Shown piece after piece: positions 20,685 to 31,200 of a stretch of DNA of 64,000 bases. Source of the DNA: an uncultured Methanosarcinales archaeon (lineage in GTDB: Archaea > Nanobdellota > Nanobdellia > Woesearchaeales > JABMPP01); NCBI GenBank assembly GCA_964604995.1, contig CAZSAD010000001.1, positions 62,001 to 126,000 on the forward strand, in the 5' to 3' direction. The notes below the pieces were generated by a model, which was not told the DNA's origin, searched no databases, and saw only the letters and a list, made by a program, of their open reading frames with translations. The translations under genes and the position numbers were made by a program. How positions within the stretch are numbered: position 1 is the first letter of the stretch; each line of letters starts with the position of its first letter.

Positions 20685-22193
20685 TTATTCAATAAGTCTC
20701 TTGCTTAAATCCAATGAATTTGAAGTTATTACAACTTCTCTTCCATTCTTTTTAGTATATCTAGCAACAGCATGGTGCAAATCAAATCCACCAAGAACAC
20801 TTAACTTTGATTTAATATGATAAGTTATAATTCTTTCTTCCCACGGTTCTAAACTTGCCATCTCCCAAGTAACTGCAATTGAAGTTTTTCCTTTTGAAAT
20901 ACTTGATGGTTTTAATGTTCCAGTTTCAAAATCTTTTTCAATTTCAGTAATTGAAGGTATCTTATCAACAACTTTTATATTTTCTATTGTTCTATTACTT
21001 CTATTTTTCAAATGTATAATCACTTTTAGACCATGTATCGCACCTTCTTTACTATGGATTTTTGCAACATCTTTTACCATAATAATTGGGCTTCTAAAAA
21101 CATAATAAAAAACAATTAATAATATCAATGTTAAAAATATTACAATTAAAGGCCGATAATTATTAGTTACTGTCAAAAGTTGAGTATCTGCTTTACTACC
21201 CTCTTTGCCCTCGAGTTGTAATTTCCAAACATAATAATAATTTCCATTGTCCTTAACAAATTCAGCTTTTGGTTCAGTTGTAGTAAAAAATCTATCAAGT
21301 AAATTAGTGTCAAATTTAACTTCAGTATTTTGTCTTAAATTTCCTTCATTTAAAACTTTTATTTCAGTTATTTTTTTCATAAACTTAGAAGTGACTTTAG
21401 TATCTCTAACAATTGTAAAATAAGGTATTATTTCAAATTCTATTGGATCAGGTTGTTTTTTTGGATAAGTTAAATTATCATCGCCAAGTGTTTCTATTTT
21501 GACAAATAAGGTATCAGTCTTTGGGCTTTCATCAGGTTTAAAATTTAAAGTGAAGTCCAATGTTTTTTCTTCTAATGGTCCAAGAGAAGTAGTGCTTTTT
21601 TGATAAACTAAATTTTTAGACGAAAATAATGTTATATCAACTTGAGTATTGTTTCTAAAATTCATATTCTGTAAATAAACTTTTACATTTGCTTTATTTC
21701 TCGGATCAATTTTTTTAATGTTAAGTTCAGCTTTTGTTATAATATCTGGTTGGTAATTCTTTTTTAAAGCTTCTTTTGAAACAACATTAATCAGAATTGG
21801 AAGAGTTACTTTTTCGTTATTAGTTTCAACTATTAAAGATAAAGTATAAACTCCCACTGTTTTAAGATATTTTCCTTCTCTTTTTGCTTCACTAATTCTA
21901 AGAAGGTAAACTCCTTCTTCATTAGACTTCAAGTCTACTTTGTTGCTAACACTTGGTTCAATTGCAACATTCCAATCAAGTGCATCAAGGGTTCTAATAC
22001 TCACTGTCTTTGCAGTTTGCGCAGTATTTTTTATTGTTAAAGTATAAGTCGCATAGCTTCCACTATCAACAACTATATCTCCTGTTATTTTTTTAGGTGT
22101 AACTTGTAATTCTTGTGCAAGAACAATTTGAAATATCAAAAGAAAAGTAGTTAGAATGATAATACTTTTGGCAAATTTTGACGACGAAAACAT
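20685..22193 (-). CDS. Exported Ig-like/beta-sandwich membrane protein (single TM plus C-terminal DUF11-like domain)
   Basis: Signal peptide, beta-rich ectodomain, TM RPLIVIFL..., NIKVVDKIP...TWEMASLEPWEERIITY. Confidence 0.7.
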   Translation of the reverse strand: MFSSSKFAKSIIILTTFLLIFQIVLAQELQVTPKKITGDIVVDSGSYATYTLTIKNTAQTAKTVSIRTLDALDWNVAIEPSVSNKVDLKSNEEGVYLLRISEAKREGKYLKTVGVYTLSLIVETNNEKVTLPILINVVSKEALKKNYQPDIITKAELNIKKIDPRNKANVKVYLQNMNFRNNTQVDITLFSSKNLVYQKSTTSLGPLEEKTLDFTLNFKPDESPKTDTLFVKIETLGDDNLTYPKKQPDPIEFEIIPYFTIVRDTKVTSKFMKKITEIKVLNEGNLRQNTEVKFDTNLLDRFFTTTEPKAEFVKDNGNYYYVWKLQLEGKEGSKADTQLLTVTNNYRPLIVIFLTLILLIVFYYVFRSPIIMVKDVAKIHSKEGAIHGLKVIIHLKNRSNRTIENIKVVDKIPSITEIEKDFETGTLKPSSISKGKTSIAVTWEMASLEPWEERIITYHIKSKLSVLGGFDLHHAVARYTKKNGREVVITSNSLDLSKRLIE

Positions 22194-22475
22194 AGCAGGC
22201 ACCAAAAAAGAATTAACACTTCTTATTTATATACTTTGTGGTGATACAAGACTAATAATTTAATATATACCTATAATAAAAGCTTCAAGTACTGACCAGT
22301 TTGTCTGTTTCATTAATTAACTGGTTAAGTTCCTGAGAAAAAACATACAATAACTGTCCATGTACTTCCCTTATATCCATTCCAATAGGTAGTCCTGGGC
22401 CTTCTGCTAATTTTAGTGGTTCTGCTGCTAAAAAAGAATTCAATTGTTTTTTATTTAATTAGTATTCTAAATTAA

Positions 22476-22781
22476 TTATTGTTTGATATATGTTAATAGT
22501 AACCTTACATACCCACATGGTGTTTGTTTGCAAATTTCTTTTATTCTATCAGGTATTTCACCGTCATGTTTTCCTTTTATTTTTAAAAGTTTTTCATACT
22601 TTTTAATCTTGCCATCCCAAATAGCTTTTGCTCTTTCATTAAATCCTTGATTATGATATTCATCTTTAATTAATTTGGATTTTATAGTATGGTATGCCAA
22701 ATCCAATGGCAGAGCATAGTTAACAACAATTTTTTCCAGAAGTTTTACTTCTTGTGCTGATTTTTCTTTAGGAAATGACAT
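22476..22781 (-). CDS. Hypothetical protein
   Basis: 101-aa ORF downstream of tRNA-Pro. Confidence 0.45.
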   Translation of the reverse strand: MSFPKEKSAQEVKLLEKIVVNYALPLDLAYHTIKSKLIKDEYHNQGFNERAKAIWDGKIKKYEKLLKIKGKHDGEIPDRIKEICKQTPCGYVRLLLTYIKQ

Positions 22782-22848
22782 AATTTTTTAGCTATAAAAA
22801 AATACATTTAAGTCTTTCTATTGTTTTACTAATTTTATCAGAATAATA

Positions 22849-22921
22849 TGGGGCTGCCCGGATTCGAACCGGGGTTGGACGCACCCCAAGCGCCAGTGAT
22901 ACCAGGCTACACTACAGCCCC
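22849..22921 (-). tRNA. tRNA-Pro(GGG), intronless
   Basis: GGGGCTG...GGCGC-TTGGGGT-GCGTC...CCCGG-TTCGAAT-CCGGG-CAGCCCC-A. Confidence 0.93.
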
Positions 22922-23119
22922 AAAGATTTTTAAGAAAAATCTTGTAAAAACAAGAAGGACATAAAGTCCTTCGACGCGATTTTTCTAAAACTTGGAATGA
23001 TTATGATTATTTATGTTTTGACTTTGTCAAAACCTGTGACCAAAGGGAACAAGTTTTTGGGCTCAATCCTTTTTTCAAAAAGGATTGCTATGAGTACACT
23101 ACAGCCCCAAAGATTTTTA
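22908..23119. repeat. 25-bp direct repeats (tRNA-Pro nt 1-14 plus leader) flanking palindromic elements B (22924-22973) and A (23015-23087)
   Basis: TACACTACAGCCCCAAAGATTTTTA at 22908-22932 and 23095-23119; hairpins GTTTTGAC-TTT-GTCAAAAC and CAATCCTTTTT..AAAAAGGATTG. Confidence 0.85.
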
Positions 23120-23324
23120 TAAAAAACACAGATTAAACCCTCATATATTTATCTTTGCGTTTTTATTATTTTTTTATTCTGAATTTTTGATACTTATTAA
23201 AAAAATTACAAAATTATTAAAAAAATTACAAAAAGATATCACTACTAGATGACAACAAAAACAAAGCTATATAAACCTAGCCTTCCCATATATCAATTAA
23301 TTCACATAATTTGGGGGTTGTGAT

Positions 23325-24824
23325 TTGAAAAACATCAAAAATGAAGTAGTAATATTAGTAATTTTGATGATTTTATTAATGCCATTTTCTTTAGCTTCAA
23401 ACTCTGCAAATATTGATACCTCAAATAATCTCAATTCAAAAAATTTACCCTATTCTGTTGATTTAGACTCTGGAACAATATCCTTCCAATATGATGCAAA
23501 TGGAAATATGATAAAAGATCATAAATTCTATTATTCTTATGATGAATTTGGACAGTTAGTTGAAATTAGAAAAACAAATTCCACTGGTCAAATTTTAGTC
23601 CAATACATCTATGATGAAACTGGACAAAGAATTAAAAAAACTTCTTATACAAATGGTTTACCTGAAATTACTTATTACATTGGAGATAATTTTGTTTCAA
23701 CAATACAAAATGAAACAACGATAAATGAAACTTATGCTTTTGCAAATGGAAATTTAGTTGCAAAAAATGTGAATGGTGAAATTTTTTATATTTATAATGA
23801 TTTTCTAGGTGGGGTTAATGTTATCACTGATTCTTCAGGAAATGTTGTTGAAAGAATGAGTTATGAACCATATGGGATGCCTGATAATGAAGCAACAAGT
23901 AGGTATTTATTTACTGGTCAAGAATATGATCCAGAATCAGGCTTATATTATTATGGTGCAAGATATTATAATCCTTTTATTGCAAGATTCATTCAGCCTG
24001 ATACAATAATCCAAAATCCTTATGATTATGAATCATTAAATCGTTATTCTTATGCAAGAAATAATCCGGTAAAATACAAAGATGATACTGGTCATTTCTG
24101 GCATATTATTGGTGGTGCAATAATCGGCGGAGTTGTATCAGCTGGATTTAATATGATTTCACAAATCTGGCACGGCGCAGATTTATTTGGATCTAATATG
24201 AATTGGAATTCAGTTGGTCAAAGTTTCTTAGAAGGTGCAACAATTGGTGCAGTTAGCAGTGCAACATTTGGCGTAGGAGCAGCAGCATTTGGTGCAACAC
24301 AGATGAGTAAATCTGCAGCTAGTATAACATCTATGGTAATTGCAGGTAGAGCTGGAATGGCTACACAAAATATTATGTCTGGTGATTCAATATCTAGTGG
24401 TATGTTAAGTCCAGTTGGGATAGGATTAGACACTGCTTTTGGATTAATTGGCGCAACTAGTCTTAGATCTTCAGTTTCATCTTTAAAAAGTGGAGTTGCA
24501 ACAAGTATTAAACAAGATATTGTTGGTTCAAAATACAATTTAATTAAACCTTCACAAAGCGAAATAAGATCAAGTATTGTTGATGAATATGTTTTAAAGA
24601 TATTAAATAAAAAACCCATAGACAACATCCAAATTATTTCAAATGAAGAATATGGGAAATTTATAGATGATGGCCATCATAGATTTGTTGCTTATAAAAA
24701 ATTAGGATATACCAATTCTGAAATTCCAATGGATATCACATACGATAATGATCCAATGAGAATTGGAAAAAGGGATTGGAGCAAAACAAAATATGTTGAA
24801 GAATTTACTAATATGGTGAAATAA
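23325..24824 (+). CDS. Secreted mini-Rhs protein: Rhs repeat-associated core plus Gly-rich linker plus ParB/Srx-like C-terminal toxin domain
   Basis: Signal peptide; YDANGNM, FTGQEYDPESGLYYYGARYYNP, RFIQPDT, YARNNPVKYKDDTG; C-terminal IKPSQ...IDDGHHRFVAY. Confidence 0.88.
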   Translation: MKNIKNEVVILVILMILLMPFSLASNSANIDTSNNLNSKNLPYSVDLDSGTISFQYDANGNMIKDHKFYYSYDEFGQLVEIRKTNSTGQILVQYIYDETGQRIKKTSYTNGLPEITYYIGDNFVSTIQNETTINETYAFANGNLVAKNVNGEIFYIYNDFLGGVNVITDSSGNVVERMSYEPYGMPDNEATSRYLFTGQEYDPESGLYYYGARYYNPFIARFIQPDTIIQNPYDYESLNRYSYARNNPVKYKDDTGHFWHIIGGAIIGGVVSAGFNMISQIWHGADLFGSNMNWNSVGQSFLEGATIGAVSSATFGVGAAAFGATQMSKSAASITSMVIAGRAGMATQNIMSGDSISSGMLSPVGIGLDTAFGLIGATSLRSSVSSLKSGVATSIKQDIVGSKYNLIKPSQSEIRSSIVDEYVLKILNKKPIDNIQIISNEEYGKFIDDGHHRFVAYKKLGYTNSEIPMDITYDNDPMRIGKRDWSKTKYVEEFTNMVK

Positions 24825-24825
24825 A

Positions 24826-25290
24826 ATGGGTCGGGAAGTTTTTTTATTTAACATAACAAGCAATGGAAAAATGTTGGCAGATGATTTTAAGATTTTTCTC
24901 TCTGACAATGGATTTTTGTTTGTTAAAAATGAAGAATTTAGTAATTATCAATCTTTATATTATGAAAAAAATACAGAAAATGGAATTATTGAATTATCCA
25001 TAAAAATTGAAAAGGAAAATGTTTTGGGATTTTATTGCAGATTTTCTTTGTTAAATCCCAAATCAGTTATAGACATAACTTTTGATTTTTTTTATAATTT
25101 GTTAAATAAATTCACAGTTAGCATTGTATCATCTGAAGAAGAAATTTTGTTTGATAACAAAACAGAATTAAAACTTAGAGTAATAATTCTGGAAAAAATG
25201 AAATTATTCAATAAAAATTTTCTAGATATAAACAAACCAATTCGTGGCGGTAGCGAGACATACGATTATTTGTCAAGTCTGAAAAAATGA
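24826..25290 (+). CDS. Putative cognate immunity protein
   Basis: 154 aa, starts 2 nt after toxin stop, overlaps next gene by ATGA; Phe-rich, no signal peptide; positional inference. Confidence 0.6.
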   Translation: MGREVFLFNITSNGKMLADDFKIFLSDNGFLFVKNEEFSNYQSLYYEKNTENGIIELSIKIEKENVLGFYCRFSLLNPKSVIDITFDFFYNLLNKFTVSIVSSEEEILFDNKTELKLRVIILEKMKLFNKNFLDINKPIRGGSETYDYLSSLKK

Positions 25291-28200
25291 AACTAAAAAC
25301 TAATTTACAAAATCCTGTAAAATTATTGTCTAAATTTTGTCTAGTTGTAACTTTATTATTAATCTTAATTTTTTCAGCATCAGCAGAATCTTATCAAACA
25401 TATATTCATAATACAGTAACTTCACAACCATTATCTTATGAACCTGGAAAATTTGTAGATTCAAATACTGGTGGTTCAACCTATTCTTATTCAATTGAAG
25501 TTCCTGAGGGAGTAAATGGTTTAACTCCTCCATTATCTTTAAATTACAATAGCAATGCAAAAAATAGTTACCCTTCTCTTGTAGGAAGTGGTTGGTCAAT
25601 TACTGAAAGTTATATTCAAAGAAATGTAAAATACACACCAGCTGATCCAAATGATGATACTTTTACATTAATCTTAAATGGCGTTGCTTATGATTTAATT
25701 TCAACAACTGATGGTTACAAAACAAAACCTGAAACCTTTATGAAAATCCAATTGGAATCAGGTGGCTTTAGCACTTATCAAAAGTATTGGTTAGTTAAAA
25801 CTAAAGATGGAACAACTTACTATTTTGGTTATAACACAGCAACTGAAGTTTTGTCTAATATGGGTTATGGATACACTTGGAGATGGTATCTAGAAAAAAT
25901 AGTTGATATTCATGACAATAGGCTTTATTATAATTATGGTGGACAAGACTTTGGTGACATTGGTGTAAAACATATTTCTAATATTATTTATAATTTTGGT
26001 AGTGTTGGAGATTATGAATCAAGTGTAACTTTTGTTTATGACCTTCTCCCAAGAAGTTGGATAATATTTGACAACGGACAAAAAATTAAAATAACTAGTG
26101 TAATAAAACAAATAAAAATTTACCCAACAAATTCATTTTCCATTCCAAAAGTTACTTACACTTTAGATTATACAACAAATGATGTTCAAACAAGATCTTA
26201 TATTTCACAAATAACAATAACTGGTGCAGATGGAATATCTACTCTTCCTCCAACTAAATTTGATTATACAAAAACAACTCCGGGATGGAAAAGAAATTAT
26301 GATATTGAACAAAAACTACCAGATGCAGCATTTTCGGAAAGCGGAAGCGATTTTGGAGTTAGACTTGCAGACATAAATAGAGACGGAATGACTGATTTTA
26401 TCAATAGTAAAGACATTTGGTTATCAAGTCATTATTCAGTATTGCAAGATGCAAATGGTAATTATGCACAAAATTCTATTTTTGCTCCTCCAGAAAATGC
26501 AAATTTTGTTGGTTCAATAAACATTGACTTTGAATATGATGGTGGTGTTAGATTAGGTGATATTAATGGAGATGGTTATCCTGATTTAATCAAAGGTTTA
26601 AGAGATGACGATAATAATATTAAGTATAATGATGTTTGGTTAGGTAGTAGCAATGGGTGGACACATTCTTCAATTTACGTGCCTATAACCTTTTCTAAAG
26701 TTGACTATTTAGGTGGGGGAGTATATTCTCATGAAGGATATGGTGTGGAAATAGATGATTTAAATGGAGATGGGAAATCAGATTTAATTATAGCTAAAGA
26801 AGGTCAATCTAAATCAACTTACTTATCATATGGGGATTATTTTTCACAAGTTTCAAATTGGAATATTCCATCGGGAAATTTTGTAGATTCCTCAGATAGG
26901 GATTTAGGTTTAAGACTTATTGATGTAAACGCAGACGGATTACCTGATCTTCTTCAAGTTGATAAAAATAATATTATGCATCTTTGGTTAAATACGGGAA
27001 ACGGTTGGGAACAAAATGACGGTTTCTTTAATCTTGTTCCTCCAAGATTTGTGGACACCGGATATGATGATGAGGGTGTACGATTTGCAGATATAAATGA
27101 TGATGGAATGCCTGATATTTTACAAGCATCAAGCAGTTCATCTAGAAATACTTATTTGAATGCAGGAAACACTTGGATAATTGATTCATCATGGAATGTT
27201 CCACCAATTGCAGAATTTGTTTATATTGATGGAAGTAACAAAGGCACTGTTCTTTTTGATGCCGATACTGATGGAACTTTAGATATTGTCAAAATTCAAA
27301 GTACAAATGGATTTGTAACAAAAACAGCATGGTCTAGTTTAAATAAAATGTCCAATATTCTAAAAGAAGTAACTCTTCAAAAAGGAGGATCTATTGTTTT
27401 TAATTACAACCATTCAAAATCAACAGCAGAAAATAATATGGGTTTTTTCACTTGGGTTGTTAACTCTGTTAGTATCATTCCAAATAATCCAAACAGCAAT
27501 TTGCCAGATTATGTTGATTGTGAACCAAGTGTTTGTCCAATTGGGTATTATGATGCAGGAATTACTTGTGGTGATACAACTTGTACAAGAAGTTGCAGAC
27601 AACCAACTTGTGGAAATTATGTGCAAGTTCATTACACCAACAAAGAATGGTATGATTATAATTATTATGAAGCTTGGGGAACCCAATTAGCAAGTTATGG
27701 GCCTTTTCAGACTGATAAATGCTATAAAATCACAGCAACTTCAGATGATAATATTGTAAGCAGTAGCAGTATATCAAATGAAGATAGTACTACAAGATCT
27801 GTAATGGCATTATTCTTAAGTTACAGTGATAATTCAATGCATGAATTCTATCAATCTGGTTTATTAAAAAATTGCAAAACTGATGCTACCGGAGATGTGA
27901 TGGATTATAATGATTATTATTTAATAGATGACAAAGGTGGAAATGGTGATTTTAATACAGCAGACAATCTTGGTGGTTCATGGACTGTTTATTGTATGAC
28001 TCATTCAACTGGATGTTCGGGTGTTACAGATCCTTGTACAACTAAGTGCACTGGAAAGATACTTGAATATAATTTTCAAAATCCCCCAGATATGTCAACT
28101 AGTTATGTGGCTGGAAATCCAAGCAATAGTAAAGGTGCATGTTATGCTGAATCTGTTTGGCAAAGTCATGCTCAAATGGGACATATCAATTTTAAATCAG

Positions 28201-31200
28201 ATAAATATGCAAGTTTCAAAGTTGAAGAAGCGCAAATTGCTTATTCTAATTCCAATCAAATATGTCAAAGAAAACCTGCAATAAAAACTAATTATATTTT
28301 CTCAAAAGGAAAATATGATTATGGTAAAAAAGAATTTTTAGGATTTGGTCAAGTTGAAACTTCAATAACTTATCCTGATGATAAAATCAAAGAAACTTTT
28401 TATCAAGATTTAGATAGAAAAGGTTTAGTACAAGAAAAAACAGTTTACAACACAGCAAGTAATAATCCTGCAGCCATCTCTAATTTTGATTACACAATCA
28501 CTCCAACAGGATATGGTAACAATAAAGTATTGTTATCTTCTGAAAAATCAACTATTTTTTATCCAGATCAATCCCTTGACACAATGACTACTTATCAATA
28601 TGATCAATATGGTAATCCAACAATTATCCTTAACAAAGGTTCACTTGCAATTGGTGATGATGATATCACAACAGAAATTTCTTACCAACAAAATATTGAT
28701 AGTTGGGTATTAGATAAACCTTATTTAATTACACAAAAAGATTTTTCTAATGCTATTTTCAAAGAAGAACAGTTTTTTTATGATAATCAACCATTATCTT
28801 ATGTTCCCCTTAGAGGTGACTTGACTAAATCTATAACTAAAAATCAACCAAGCGATGTAACAACTAATTTTGAGTATGATTCATTTGGTAATATTATTAA
28901 AAAAATAGATCCAAACAGCAATGTTTGGATTTATAGTTATCACAATACCTGGCCTTACTTATTAGTAAATGAAACAAATCCATTAAAATATACAACATCT
29001 TATTCATATGATGAAAAAACAAATAATCTTTTATCTATCACTGATCCAAATAACAACTCTATTCGATACGCTTATGATGCTTTTGGTAGAATAATATCCG
29101 AAGTTCAACCATACAATACTTTTTCATCTCCTACAATTAGTTGGATTTATCAAGATAATACTTTAACTCCTTCATCAATTATAAAAAAATCAAAAAAACA
29201 AGAGGGTTCATGGAATTATGAAGCATCGTATTTTGATGGTCTAGGAAATATTTTACAAAAAAAATCAATATTATATAACAACATAAACACAAATGTTGTA
29301 ACAATTGATTATACTTTAGACAGTAAATATAGAACTCTGAAAACTTCCAATCCTTATTATACCACAACTTTGGATTACACCTCTCAATTATTATCAGTTC
29401 CAAAAACAATGTATTTATATGATTCAATGAATAGGATAAAGCAAATTGATTATCCAGATTCTACTAAAGTTTCGTATGATTATTCTTATCTTAAAATTAA
29501 ATTTACAGACCAGAAAAATAATCAAAAAACAGATCAATATGACACACATGGAAACATTATTTCAGTAAATCAAAATGGTATCATTACAAATTATGTTTAC
29601 TCTCCTATAAATCAAATTACAAAAATAATTAATTCTCAAACAGGTACTTCAATTATTTATGAATATGATAAATTAGGTCAAAAAACAAAAACTATTGACC
29701 CTGATTTGGGAACATGGGAATATCAATACGATTTAAATGGGAATCTAATTTCTGAAAAAGATAATAATGGAAAAATTACTTTTTATACTTATGATAAATT
29801 AAATAGGCTTACTCAAGAGAAAGTGCAAGATAAAACAATAAATTATTACTACGATTTAAATAAAAATATTGGTCAATTATCTATGGTGAATAAATCTGGC
29901 ATAATAAAAAAATATATTTATGACGATAGAAAAAGATTAGTTAACAAAACAACAACAATCGATGGGAAAAATTTTGTTGAAAATTTTTTATATGATAGTG
30001 CCAATAATTTAGCAAAGTACACTTCTCCAGATTCAACTTCAATATCTCGTGCTTATTACAATTCAGGAAAACTATACGGAATTGCTATATTACCTACCCC
30101 ATTTGTTTCTACTAATGTTCTTGATAATATACAATATAATGAATTTGGTTCAACACAAGAACAAACTTATGGCAATAATCTAAAATTAACAAATACATAC
30201 AATCCTTTAAACAATCGCCATACAAACATTTACATTTCAAATATTCAAAACTTAGAAAATTTTTACGATGAAGTTGGTAATGTATTAGTTGCTACCGATA
30301 GAATAGTAAATAAAACTTCAAAATATTCTTATGATTCCCAATATAGATTAACAATAGCAAAAGTAGAAGGATCTAATCCAGATAATACAATTTATTCTTA
30401 TCAAAATGGTACTGGTAATATTTTATCAATACAAAACAATAAACTAAAGATGACTTACAGCTATGGTTCTTTTCCAATTCATGGTGTTAATCAAATATCT
30501 TATTTAGGTATTTGGCCATTTACCGATTCATGTTTAAATGTAACTTGTAATCCCTATTGCAACAATCAAACTAATACTTACTACTCAAATGGTTATTGCA
30601 GTTTAGGAACTTGTCAGTATGCAACAATCACTCCAAATGCAACTCAATGCAAACAACCAAATCCATGCGAAGGTGTAATATGTAACTCTTATTGCAATAA
30701 TCAAACTAATACTTACTACTCAAATGGTTATTGCAGTTTAGGAACTTGTCAGTNNNNNNNNNNNNNNNNNNNNNNNNNNNNNNNNNNNNNNNNNNNNNNN
30801 NNNNNNNNNNNNNNNNNNNNNNNNNNNNNNNNNNNNNNNNNNNNNNNNNNNNNATGCAGCAATCACTCCAAATGCAACTCAATGCAAACAACCAAATCCA
30901 TGCGAAGGAATAACTTGTAATTCTTATTGTGACACTGAAACTTATACTTATTACTCAAAAGGTTATTGCAGTTTAGGAACTTGTAAATACCTAATAACCA
31001 CCCCCAATGCATTTCAATGCCAACAACTTGATCCTTGTTTAGGAATAACCTGTGACTCTTATTGTGATAATGAAACTTATACATATTATTCAAAAGGTTA
31101 TTGCAATTTAGGTTCATGTAAATATAAAAAAGTAACTCCCAATGCAGTTCAATGCCAACAACTTGATCCCTGTTTTGGAATAACATGTCAAAATAAGTGC

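Noticed and set aside
22286..22460. Possible small minus-strand ORF (…AAEPLKLAEGPGLPIGMDIREVHGQ…)
   Set aside because: No convincing start or motif; cannot be supported
30706..31186. Short ORFs across or opposite the gap
   Set aside because: Artefacts of the 100-N gap and antisense to the repeat region
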